Source: an uncultured Actinomycetes bacterium | GTDB lineage: Bacteria > Actinomycetota > Actinomycetes > Streptosporangiales > Streptosporangiaceae | Reading direction: 5' to 3' | Length of the DNA: 64,000 nt | Assembly (NCBI GenBank): GCA_963801155.1 | Contig: CAWDEB010000026.1 | Coordinates: 24,038-88,037 of the forward strand | Shown: in pieces, positions 1-9,510 of the stretch | How the letters are laid out: each line of letters opens with the position of its first letter | Numbering within the stretch: the stretch's first letter is position 1 | The notes under the pieces: generated by a model | Told to the model about the DNA's origin: nothing | Seen by the model: the letters and a program-made list of their open reading frames with translations, nothing else | The model's database searches: none | Position numbers and translations under genes: made by a program

Positions 1-1072
1 GGCCAAGATCGGGCTGTACTCGCTGGACTTCTACACCCGCAGTACCTGGAACCGTCCGGGCTCGGCATTCCGGTCGTGTTCGAGGAACTGTTCTGGGGCG
101 ACGCGGGCATCGGGATGTCGCTGGCGGGCAGCACGCTGGCGGTGCTCTCGGTGGTGGCCAACGGGACGCCGGAGCAGGTCGGGGAGTGGTGCCCGCAGAT
201 GTTCGGCGGGCCGGGGGACGTGAAGCTGGGGGCGTTCTGCTCCTCGGAACCCGATGCGGGCAGCGACGTGGCCGCGATCAGGACGCGGGCGACCTACGAC
301 GCCGCGGCCGGCGAGTGGGTGCTGAACGGGGTGAAGACCTGGGCCACCAACGGCGGCATCGCCGACGTGCACGTGGTCGTGGCGTCGGTGGACCCGTCGC
401 TCGGCTCGCGCGGGCAGGCCAGCTTCGTCGTGCCGCCGGGCACGCCCGGGCTGTCCATGGGGCAGAAGTTCCGCAAGCACGGCATCCGGGCCTCGCATAC
501 CGCCGAGGTCGTGCTGTCCGACGTCCGGGTGCCCGGGCGGTGCCTGCTCGGCGGCCGGGACCGGCTCGAGGAGCGGCTGGCCCGGGTCCGGGAGGGCGGC
601 CGCGCGGGTGAGCAGGCCGCGATGAGGACATTCGAGGCCTCCCGGCCCGGCGTGGCGGCGATGGCGGTGGGGATCGCGCGGGCCGCGGCGGAGTACGCCG
701 CCGAGTACTCGACCCGGCGGGTCCAGTTCGGCCGCCCCATCGGGCAGAACCAGGCCGTGGCGTTCATGCTCGCGGACATGCAGGCCGCGGTCGACGCGGC
801 CCGCCTGCTGGCCTGGCGGGCGGCCTGGATGGCGCGGCACGGCCGGCCGTTCCGGCGGGCCGAGGGGTCGATGTCCAAGCTGGTCGCGGGGGAGACCGCG
901 GTCCGGGTCACCGAGCAGGCCATCCAGATCCTCGGGCGGGAACGGGTACACCCGGGAGTTCCCGGTGGAGCGCTGGCACCGGGACGCGAAGATCTTCACC
1001 ATCTTCGAGGGCACCTCGGAGATCCAGCGCCTGATCATCGGCCGCGCCATCACCGGGCTGGACGTCCGGTAG
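1..1072 (+). CDS. acyl-CoA dehydrogenase (5' end outside window; frame disrupted near 935)
   Basis: ORF 76..1149 translates to ACAD middle and C-terminal domains ([40 protein letters not shown]). The canonical C-terminus [44 protein letters not shown] is read only after a 1-nt shift at about 935 and ends at TAG 1070-1072. The first ~60 nt read better in another frame ([11 protein letters not shown]). Confidence 0.85.
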
Positions 1073-1075
1073 CGC

Positions 1076-1109
1076 GAACGGGCCCTCAGCCGGGGCTGAG
1101 GGCCCGTTC
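1076..1109. terminator. bidirectional hairpin between convergent genes
   Basis: Perfect 15-bp inverted repeat GAACGGGCCCTCAGC-cggg-GCTGAGGGCCCGTTC directly after the ACAD stop and before the stop of the minus-strand gene at 1125. Confidence 0.6.
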
Positions 1110-1124
1110 TAGAGCGGGCCCGCC

Positions 1125-2910
1125 CTACGTGGCGCAGGGGTTGTTGTAGGTGGCCCCTATGAACTGCGGGTAGCCGTACGTGGCGAACTGGTCTGTCCCG
1201 TACTGCGCGTCCTCGCCGAAGGTGGTCAGGCCGAACCCGGAGGACACGTTGCCGAACTCCAGCGAGCAGCCGCCGTACTGCTGGGCTTGCGTCCAGTATG
1301 GGTAGAACCCGCCCGGCCCTTGGGGCGGCACCGTGCATCCGGCCGCGCTGGCGCTGGCGTTGGCATAGTTCCCGCCGCCGCACTCGTACTCGCTCAGGGC
1401 GATGTCGGTCTGGAAGTGGAACTGCGAGTACTGCTGGCCGTTCGAGGTGGGGAAATGTTCCACGAACGTCGACGGGTAGCTGGCTCGTCGGCGTGGGCCC
1501 GGTGGGCCATGATCCGGCCTGTAGTACGGGCGTGCCGTCGAAGTCCAGGTCGCCGTTCTGGAACAGATTGTCCTGGCAGCCGGTCATCTCGGTCCGGTTG
1601 TGTTGACGTGCCCGCCCCGTCGTAGCCCGGGTGGGTGTCGCCCGCGTAGTAGCAGACCGCGTCACCGATCTCGGCCGAGGTCCGGCTGATCGCCGGGCGC
1701 GTTCTCGTATGGGCTCGAGCACGTCGTTGTACAGGTGCGCCGGTGTCGTCGGGTCGAGCGGGTTGGGGTGATCTGGTCGCTGAGCGAGGTGCAGGGCTCC
1801 CAGTGGCCGGTCTCGAACTCGGTGCTGATGTCGGCCTGGTCCGCGCCCCACGGGTTGATGTTGCCGGGCTTGGCCGTGTTGAACTCCGGCTGGAAGTTGA
1901 ACGGCGTGCCCGAGCAGTCGGCACTCGAGGTGGTCTGGAAGCCGTTGGCCGCGGAGGCCTGCATGAACCCGCTCTGGTGCGTCGTGAGGTCGTCCATGAC
2001 CACTTCGAAGGCGTCACCACCTCCCGGCGCGGGCGCGTCGAACATGTGGAACCTGATCGTGTCGCCGGGGTTCATCAGCAGCGTCTCGTTGTTGGGCATC
2101 ATCGGTGTGCGGTGTCGGCGTCCTGCGGCGCCGGCGGCCCGGTCGGCACGCCGTTCCTCTGGATGAAGGCGAAGTTGACGGGCTCCTCGCAGTTGTTGTT
2201 ACAGCTCGCGAAGCCGGCGCGTGCACTCCAGGCTGTCGATGGTCAGGGCCGCGCACCAGTGCGTGTCGTCGCAGCTCGGGCTGTCGATGAAGGGCGGGTT
2301 GCCCGGCGGGTAGAACTGCATCTCCATGAAGGCCGAACCGCCACCCGAGGCCGCTGGTGCAATTCGGGCCGACGCAGGTGGGGGCGTTGCGAGTCCGATT
2401 CGGCGTGCACGAGGTCTGGGGGAACGAGTTGGGGTCGCACAGGGCCATCGAGAACCACGGCGCGGGGCTGAGCTCGAACCAGTGCCGTGACGTCGTGGCC
2501 CGGGTCGACGTCGGTGGGCGCGGCCTCGGGTCTCTTGCCGAGGGTGACCGTCCAGGTCACGTTGTTGCCGGAGCCGGCGGGTGCTGGAGGAAAACGTCGG
2601 TGTTGGGCTCGTCGTGGCCGATGTAGTGGCCGTTGTCGTAGAATCTGCCGTCCCAGGTGTTGGCGTTTGCCTTGCTGGCACCGCGGATATCGGTGCAGGT
2701 GCGATTGCCCGCAACGGCTTCTGCACCGGGCTGAACGCCGTTGCAGTCCAGCTCACCCCGTGCCGCCGGGGTGTAGCTGGTTGATGCCGCCGTGCTGGCC
2801 GCTGCCGGAATCCCGCTGGTCCAGGCGATGCCAAGTAGGAGCGCGATGGCGCTCAATCCCCCCATCAGGATGCTCGATCGTGGTCTGCGCACGTGCGATC
2901 GTGCCCTCAT
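1125..2910 (-). pseudogene. secreted hypothetical protein, reading frame broken into at least 6 pieces
   Basis: N-terminus at 2910 has a signal peptide (MRARSHVRRPRSSILMGGLSAIALLLGIAWTSGIPAAAS). Protein-like segments continue across ORFs 2557..2910, 2243..2560, 2014..2448, 2199..2834, 1662..2102, 1394..2020, 31..1851 and 1125..1463. Examples: DNGHYIGHDEPN, AFMEMQFYPPGNPPFIDSPSCDDTHWCAALTIDSLEC, MMPNNETLLMNPGDTIRFHMFDAP, EHFPTSNGQQYSQFHFQTDIALSEYECGGG. No family recognised. Confidence 0.6.
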
Positions 2911-3249
2911 GGTGTCTGCTCCCGTCGTATACCGCTAGGTATTGGGACGAACTGTTCATAGTCCTCCCAACCGGTCAGATCAAGGGGGTTCACGCCAAAT
3001 TTGACAAATCGGTAATACGACGCAAGTTGTGCTGTTCACAGGGGTCGACGGAGGCATAAACATGCTCATCAGTCCCGGCGCGTGCCGACGGTGCGGATCG
3101 TCACTCGCCGCGCACGCTGGCGGTCATGCCGGCCAGGTGGATGTCGAGAACGCGGGGCCCCGTTTGGGGCTCGTACCACACTACAACCCCCAATAGACGG
3201 GGCCGGTGGCACACACGCCCCACGCGGAGGCGAACGCCGTGTCGGCGGT

Positions 3250-3843
3250 TTACCCGGCCGAACCGAGGCTAGCGCGGTCTGCCGTTTGCCCCAGAGCGAG
3301 GCTAGCGGGGCCTGCGGTCTGTCCCGGACCGGGGGTTGCCCCTTGCTGTATCGTTACCACCTGGTCGAAATCGGGAGATTTGTGTAGCGCATTGGCGACG
3401 AGGGTTATCGCCGCCGTTGTGATCGTAATAATGGCCGAATTCCATATAATGTCATAGCGCGGGAAATACTTGAGCGGCGTATCGGGCAGAGCGAAGGCCC
3501 ACGCGGCGAATGCGATCGTCGCGGCTATCATTTCAAACCAGGGAAGACTGAATTTCCCTGACTGCGTCTTTGCCATTACCAGAAGAATGACGACGACCGG
3601 GTTGCTGCCGACGATCAGCCAGAAAAGCAGCCAGCGGCTGGTATAAGACGGGTTATGCTGCGCCAGCGGCGCAAGCAGGGGAAGGAGCGCAACATACACC
3701 GTTACCGTCTCGGTGGGAATCCACCGCGTTATTTGATTGAAGAGGCTCGTTGAAACGCCTACCGGCTGACTGGGGCTGTCTTGATTTGGATCGTTAGCTT
3801 GGTCGCGGGCGAGCTTCGTATCTACCATGGAGACGATACTCAT
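3250..3843 (-). CDS. hypothetical integral membrane protein (about 4 TM) encoded in a low-GC islet
   Basis: 197-aa ORF with hydrophobic helices (VTVYVALLPLLAPLA, WLLFWLIVGSNPVVVILLVMA, MIAATIAFAAWAFAL, IIWNSAIITITTAAITLVA). Codon usage is A/T-ending, unlike all neighbours. The C-terminal tail carries a 27-nt imperfect direct repeat (QTAGPASLALGQTADRASLG). Confidence 0.6.
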   Translation of the reverse strand: MSIVSMVDTKLARDQANDPNQDSPSQPVGVSTSLFNQITRWIPTETVTVYVALLPLLAPLAQHNPSYTSRWLLFWLIVGSNPVVVILLVMAKTQSGKFSLPWFEMIAATIAFAAWAFALPDTPLKYFPRYDIIWNSAIITITTAAITLVANALHKSPDFDQVVTIQQGATPGPGQTAGPASLALGQTADRASLGSAG

Positions 3844-4019
3844 AGGGTTCTCCGATTTATCTTGCGGGTGGCATGCTTACCTCGGTGTGCGCTGGCAGCC
3901 GGGGCATTCAATAATCGAACCGGGTCGAGGCCAGTCTGCCAGCGCGTCGCCATCTCGACCGCGCCATCAGATAAACGGACAACATCGAACTGGCCTCTTC
4001 GTCGTCGGCACTGTTTCAT
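3840..4019 (-). CDS. possible 59-codon basic ORF translationally coupled (ATGA) to the membrane protein
   Basis: My own reverse-strand translation gives MKQCRRRRGQFDVVRLSDGAVEMATRWQTGLDPVRLLNAPAASAHRGKHATRKINRRTL*. Its TGA overlaps the ATG of the 3843 gene. It is below the ORF-track length cut-off and I recognise no homology. Confidence 0.2.
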   Translation of the reverse strand: MKQCRRRRGQFDVVRLSDGAVEMATRWQTGLDPVRLLNAPAASAHRGKHATRKINRRTL

Positions 4020-4246
4020 GAACGCCCCTAGCTGATGTCGCTGTCATCGTCCTACGAGTCAGCCCATTTGTCACCAGCCTCAATGCGCGCACGCTTCACC
4101 CAGGCGTTACGCCCGCCAGCGTCGTCAGCCGGTGCGGGGCGGAGGCTATGGCGTCGTGGGCCATCGGAAGGCGAGCACCACGGCCCGTTCGGACAAAATT
4201 TCTTGCTGACTATGGCGGTAGCCTTCCGCGGTGCCCAGCCTGCAGG

Positions 4247-5700
4247 TCAGGACGGAGGCCAGGGCGCCTCGATGAGGCGCTCGAGGTCCTCGCCGAACGG
4301 CCGGTCGCCCTCGATCGGGCTGATGATGCCCGCCAGCCAGTCCAGCAGCGTCCGGGAGCCTGCCGGCGGCGGACGACCGGACAGCGCCGCGGCCTGGTAG
4401 CCGGCCAGCAGCTCGCAGGCCGTGACCGCGCGGGCGTGCCGCAGCGCGGCGGCGAGCTTCTCGGCGGCTTCCCAGGCGAACGACTGCACGTCCTCCTGGC
4501 CGCCGGAGGTCTCGATCAGGCCGACCGGGGTGGCGGTGGCCAGGCGCCGCATGGCGTGGACCTCGCCGGCGGCCCGCTTGTGCACCGGCGTCAGCCCGGC
4601 CTGCGGGCCCGGCTCGCGGGCGAGCTGCGCGGGCAGCCCGGTGACGGCGGGATCCAGCAGCCGGTGTACGCGAGCCGCCGCCACCTCGGCCGCGTGGCAC
4701 AACGCCGCGGTGAGCTGGTCGCAGTGCGCGGACAGGTCGATGCCGTGGAACCCGGCGGTGCCGGTGAACTGCCCCTCGAGGTAGGCGGGGGAGTCGGTGA
4801 CCCCGGTCAGGGCGCGGCGCACCGCCGCCTCGAGCAGGCCGGCTGCAGCGCACGACCTGGGTGAGGACCGGGCCGGCCACCCGGAACGAAACCGGCGCCT
4901 GCAGCGACCGCGGCGCCGGGTCATCGCCGATTGCCGCGCGGAGCCGGCCGAGGACCGCGGCGAGCACGTCGTCACCGCGGGCGCAGGCGGCACGGTACGG
5001 ATCCCGTGACGCCCGGGCGGCGACGATGGCCAGCGCCGCCGACCCTTCCATGAGCGAGGTGAGCGCGGCGGCCTCGCCGAGGCGCAGCGCGCACAGGCCG
5101 GTCGTCCCGGGCACGCCCTGGATCAGGGCGATGCCCTCCTTAGGGCCGAGCGTGAACTCACCGAGCCCGGCCTCGCGCAGCGCCTGGCTCGCCGGGATGG
5201 CGGTTCTGCCCGGCCCAAGGACCCGGCCGATGCCCGCCACGGGTCCGAACGCGTGGGCCAGCTGCATGATCTCGCCCGCCGCCCCGGCGCCAGTGCGGGG
5301 CACGGCGGGCACGACGCCGCGGTTGAGGAACTCGGCGAGCCGCTGGCAGAGCTCGCCGGACACGGCGGCGTCGCCGGACAGGAACGTCAGCAGCCTGACC
5401 ATGACGACCGCCCGCGCCTCGGGCACCTCCAGCCACGGCGGACCGCCCGTCGCCCGCGCCAGCAGCAGGTTGCGCTGGTGCGAACGCTGCTGCCGCTCGG
5501 TCAGGCGGACCGAGGACAGCGCGCCCATGCCCGTGTTCACGCCATACACCAGCCGCCCGTCGGCCAGCGCGTGCGTGGCCTCGGCGCGCTGCCGCCGCAC
5601 CGCGGCCAGCAACCCGGGCCCGATGCGGACGGCCTGCCCCGCGGCCACGGAGCGGATCTGGCCGAGATCCGCTCTCGGTGATCTCCAGGGCGGGCGTCAT
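4247..5700 (-). CDS. histidine/aromatic-amino-acid ammonia-lyase family protein lacking the Ala-Ser-Gly MIO motif (two frame disruptions)
   Basis: HAL/PAL-like sequence (YGVNTGMGALSS, ..GIALIQGVPGTTG.., ..SFRVAGPVL.., TSGGQEDVQSF). ATG 5700 overlaps the upstream gene stop as ATGA. Frames switch near 5670 and near 4853. The motif position reads GAGAAGEIMQLAH, with AAG at 5274-5282 where ASG is expected. The stop lies after PWPPS at 4247. Confidence 0.75.
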
Positions 5701-6719
5701 GGGCGGTAGCGGAGCATCGTCCCGGCGCCCTGCTGCTCGGCCCGGCGCAAGATGGCCAGGCCGACGGCGATGTCGAGGATGGCCAGCCCGCGGTGCCAGA
5801 ACAGGATCCGCTCGTCGTCGCGTTCCCGGCCGGGCCGCGCGCCGGTGACGATCTGGCCCAGCTCGGCGTGCAGTGACGCGGCCGAGAGCCGGCCGGTGTC
5901 GACGTGACGGCGCAGCGCGCCGAAGCGCCCCGACTGTGCTTCCCGCCAGTCGTCCACTACCACCTTGTCCATCACGTCGAGCAGGTCGAGTTCCACCGCG
6001 CTGACCGTGCCGTAGGGGACGACGAAGGCACCGGGCCTGACCCAGGCGGTGTGCAGCAGCGGCTCGGGCACACTCAGCCGCGACGCCTCGACCAGGATGT
6101 CGGCGCCTTCGAAGACCTCCTCGGCCGAGGCGGCCACTTGGATGTGCGTGCCGGTCACCGCGGCCAGCTGGCGCGCGAAGGCCTCCCGGGACTCGGGCCG
6201 CCGGCTGGTGATCCGGATCTCGTGGAGGTCGAACAGCTCGTCGAGCAGCACGACGTTCCAGAACGCCGTCCCGCGGGCGCCGACGTGGCCGAGTACCCGG
6301 GCGTCCCGCCGGGCCAGGTAGTGGGCTCCTACGGCGGTCATCGCGCCGGTCCGGCAGGCGGTGATCATGGTGGCGTCCATGATCGCCAGGGGGACGCCAG
6401 TCTGCGGGTCGTACAGCGTCAGCAACCCGAGCTCGCTGGGCAGCCCGGCGGCGTAGTTCGACACGAAGTCGCCGACCACCTTGACGCCGCTCACCCCGGG
6501 CACCGACAGGTGGCCGCGCAGCACGTTGAAATGGCCGGCGCCGTCGTTGTCGGGGACGAGGTGCACCCGCGGCTCGACCACCACGCGCCCGGCACCGTGC
6601 GCATGCACGGCGTCGGTGACCGCGGCGACGATCTCGGCGTTGGTGAGGCCGAGCGAGTCGATGTCCGGCCCGGACAGGAACCGGAGCCACAAACCCCCGG
6701 CCGTCTGGTTCACGTTCAC
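5697..6719 (-). CDS. ornithine cyclodeaminase / mu-crystallin family NAD-dependent enzyme
   Basis: 340-aa ORF with typical OCD family features (TACRTGAMTAVGAHYLAR, Rossmann GHVGARGTAFWNV, ILFWHRGLAILDIAVG). Confidence 0.8.
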   Translation of the reverse strand: MNVNQTAGGLWLRFLSGPDIDSLGLTNAEIVAAVTDAVHAHGAGRVVVEPRVHLVPDNDGAGHFNVLRGHLSVPGVSGVKVVGDFVSNYAAGLPSELGLLTLYDPQTGVPLAIMDATMITACRTGAMTAVGAHYLARRDARVLGHVGARGTAFWNVVLLDELFDLHEIRITSRRPESREAFARQLAAVTGTHIQVAASAEEVFEGADILVEASRLSVPEPLLHTAWVRPGAFVVPYGTVSAVELDLLDVMDKVVVDDWREAQSGRFGALRRHVDTGRLSAASLHAELGQIVTGARPGRERDDERILFWHRGLAILDIAVGLAILRRAEQQGAGTMLRYRP

Positions 6720-6790
6720 TCCAGCAACCTACGCTCGGCTGGTGGCGGGAGTTAGCCTGAGGAGAGCCAGCCGCTGACCCAGGGGGCATC

Positions 6791-7027
6791 GTGACCCACG
6801 CCAGCTTCCGCGTCCACGTCGATCCCGACAAGTGCCAGGGGCATAACCGCTGCTACAGCGTGTCGCCCGAGTTGTTCGAACTGGACGACCTGGGGATGTC
6901 CAGCGAAGTCGGCGCGGGCCTGGTGCCCGCGGCCCTGGTCGGCCAGGCCCGGCTGGCGGTCGACAACTGCCCCGAGCGCGCGATCTCGCTGACCGAGACG
7001 AGGCAGGCCGGGGAGGGACAGCCGTGA
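6791..7027 (+). CDS. small single-cluster ferredoxin (P450 redox partner type)
   Basis: 78 aa with C-x2-H-x2-C ... CP pattern (DKCQGHNRCYSVSPELF ... DNCPERAISL). Its stop overlaps the P450 start (GTGA). Confidence 0.8.
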   Translation: MTHASFRVHVDPDKCQGHNRCYSVSPELFELDDLGMSSEVGAGLVPAALVGQARLAVDNCPERAISLTETRQAGEGQP

Positions 7028-8244
7028 CCAGCCGCCACCCCCCGGTGCGGGACTTTGCCACCGACTTCGATCACACCGACCCGGCGTGGGTCGCCGACCC
7101 GTACCCGATCTGGGACGACCTGCGGCAGCGGTGCCCGGTCGCGCACAGCGGCCGGTACGGCGGCGCGTGGCTGCCGGTCACCCACGACCTGGTGTCGGAG
7201 GTGGCCTACGACCACGAGCACTTCACCTCCCGGTCGGTGGTGGTCAGCGAGCGCCGGCCGGGTCCCGACGACCTGCCCGCGCCGATCGGGCTGTCCCCGC
7301 CGATCAGCTCGGACCCGCCCTATCACGGCCTCGTCCGGCGGATGCTGCTGCCGGCGTTCGCGCCCAGGCCGACCGCTGCCCTCGAGCCGTTCACCCGGGA
7401 GCTGTGCCGCGAACTGCTGGCGGCCACCGACGGCCGGACGAGCTTCGACGCGGCGCTCGAGTACGCGCAGCACATCCCGGTGCGGGTCATCGTCAGGTAC
7501 CTCGGCTTCCCCCAGGAGGACGCCGACCTGTTCCGCGGCTTCATCCGCCTGGTCCTCGAGGAGGTCGACCTTCCCCTCGAGGAGCGGGAGGAGCGGTTCA
7601 CCGAAGTCGACGCGTACATGGACGCCCAGATCGAGGACCACATCGCCCGCCCGAGGGACGACCTCACCTCGTTCCTGCTCGGTGCCGAGATCGGCGGCCG
7701 GAAACTGCCGGTCGAGCAGGTCCGCGGCACCATGATCCTGCTGATGATCGCGGGGATCGACACCACCTGGTCGGCTGTCGGCGCCTCCCTCTGGCACCTG
7801 GCCCAGCACCCGGACGACCGCCGCCGGCTGGCCGCCGAACCCGAGCTGATGGGCACCGCCCTGGAAGAACTGCTCCGGGCCTACGCGCCGGTCACGATGG
7901 CACGCCTGGTCGCGGCGGACTTCGATTTCCACGGCCACCCGTTCAAGGGGGGCGACTGGCTGCTGCTCCCGTTCCCGGCGGCCAACCGGGACCCGGCCGT
8001 CTTCGAGGACCCGGGCCTGGTGCGGCTCGACCGGACCCGGAACCGCCACGCGGCCTTCGGGCTGGGCCGTCATCGCTGTCTCGGATCCAACCTGGCCCGG
8101 ATGGAGCTCCGGGTCGCCCTGGAGGAATGGCTGGCCCGCTACCCGGACTTCGAGCTGTCCGATCCCGCCGCCGTCACCTGGTCCGCCGGGCAGGTGCGCG
8201 GGCCGCGCACGCTCCCGGTCACGATCGTGGGCGACGGCAGGTGA
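7024..8244 (+). CDS. cytochrome P450
   Basis: 406 aa with I-helix AGIDTT, ExxR (EELLR) and heme loop FGLGRHRCLGSNLA. Confidence 0.9.
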   Translation: MTSRHPPVRDFATDFDHTDPAWVADPYPIWDDLRQRCPVAHSGRYGGAWLPVTHDLVSEVAYDHEHFTSRSVVVSERRPGPDDLPAPIGLSPPISSDPPYHGLVRRMLLPAFAPRPTAALEPFTRELCRELLAATDGRTSFDAALEYAQHIPVRVIVRYLGFPQEDADLFRGFIRLVLEEVDLPLEEREERFTEVDAYMDAQIEDHIARPRDDLTSFLLGAEIGGRKLPVEQVRGTMILLMIAGIDTTWSAVGASLWHLAQHPDDRRRLAAEPELMGTALEELLRAYAPVTMARLVAADFDFHGHPFKGGDWLLLPFPAANRDPAVFEDPGLVRLDRTRNRHAAFGLGRHRCLGSNLARMELRVALEEWLARYPDFELSDPAAVTWSAGQVRGPRTLPVTIVGDGR

Positions 8245-8278
8245 AACCGGTACCAACGCGACCTGTCATGCTGGTCAG

Positions 8279-9486
8279 GTGACCGATCAGCCTCCGCCGC
8301 AGGGTCGCCTGGCCCGCCTGTGGGCCTACGCCGACGCCCGGCACGTCCCGCTGCGGACCATTGTGGTCACGGTGGCGGTGGTGGCGGCCACGTACCTGGC
8401 GGGCAAGCTGATCTACCGGCTGCGGGACATCGTCCTGCTCATGGCGGTGGCCGGGTTCCTGGCGCTGCTGCTCAACCCGATGGTGGTCTTCCTGGAGCAG
8501 AAGCTGGCCCTGCGCCGGGCCCTGGCGGTGACGATCGTCAGCCTGCTGGCCGCGCTGGCCTTCCTCGCCCTGGCCCTGGTCTTCGGGTATCCGCTGGTGA
8601 ACGGGATCACCCACCTGGCCAACCGGCTGCCCAACTACGTCGCCAGCGCCGAGTCGGGCAAGGGCTGGATCGGGCACATTGCGCGCAAGTACCACATCCT
8701 GACCTGGGTACAGCGGAACACGCCCAAGCTGGTGAGCTACGCGCAGTCGCTCAGCAAGCGGCCCTGACCATCGGCAAGGGCGCCGTCTCGCTGGTCATCG
8801 AGCTGTTCACGATCTTCGTTCTGGTCCTCCTGCTGCTGCTCGAGGGCTCGAAGATGCGGCGCTGGATGCTGAGCCAGATGCCGAAGCAGCGCGCGGATGC
8901 GGTCACCCGGGTGGCCGGCGAGGTGAACCGGTCCGTCATCGGATACATGCTGGGGAACCTGCTGACCTCGATCATCGCGGGGGTGGTGGTGTTCGTGACG
9001 CTGATGATCGTCGGCGTGCCGTTCCCCCAGTTGTGGGGGCTGTGGGTCGCCCTGGTGGACTTCCTGCCCATGATCGGCGGCGCCCTGGCCGGCATCCCCA
9101 CCGTGCTGTTCGCCTTCACCCAGGGCGTCACCGCCGGCGTCGTCACCCTGGTGGTCTTCCTGATCTACACCCAGGTCGAGAACCACATCCTGAACCCGGT
9201 GATCATGAGCCGGACGGTGAAGATCAGCCCGCTGCTGGTGCTGATAGCGGTGCTGGTCGGCGCCTCGCTCGGCAGCCTGATCGGCGGGGTGTTCGGCGGT
9301 TTCGTCGCCGCCCTGCTGGCCATCCCCGCGGCCGGCGCCCTGCAGGTGCTGGTCCGCGAGGTGTGGCGGGCAACGGACCCCAAGACGCCGCCCGCGCCCG
9401 CCGTACCCGTCACGCCGGAAGACACCCCGGGACCAGCCGCCGGGCTCTTCCCCGTCGCGCCGGAGGCGAGGGAGCATGGCAGTTAA
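8279..9486 (+). CDS. AI-2E family transporter (PerM-like), one frame disruption near 8760
   Basis: ORF 8279..8767 plus the second half of ORF 8320..9486 give a continuous multi-TM AI-2E-like protein (FLPMIGGALAGIPTVLFAF, IYTQVENHILNPVIMSRTV). Confidence 0.8.
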
Positions 9487-9510
9487 CCCGAAACCACGTC
9501 AGGAGGGCTC

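Noticed and set aside
1076-1109. The two bidirectional terminators (1076-1109 and 55219-55255) share the 9-mer GGCCCGTTC/GAACGGGCC. I considered a terminator-repeat family.
   Set aside because: The loops and the remainder of the stems are unrelated. A shared GC-rich 9-mer in 128 kb of two-strand sequence is close to chance expectation.
31-1851. 606-aa minus-strand ORF spanning the ACAD gene and beyond. Similar very long antisense or alternate-frame ORFs include 5158..6831(-), 6853..8256(-), 7086..8282(+), 37249..38796(-), 44038..45576(+) and 47330..48673(-).
   Set aside because: The translations are Arg/Pro/Gly/Ala-rich with no recognisable motifs. Each lies opposite to, or out of frame with, an ORF that has clear family signatures. 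They are typical shadow ORFs of high-GC DNA.
3101-3250. A minus-strand frame ending ..GVVVWYEPQTGPRVLDIHLAGMTASVRGE* just downstream of the membrane-protein gene, as a possible gene relic or displaced C-terminus.
   Set aside because: Only about 28 codons look protein-like and the upstream part is Arg-rich noise. There is no start and I recognise no family.
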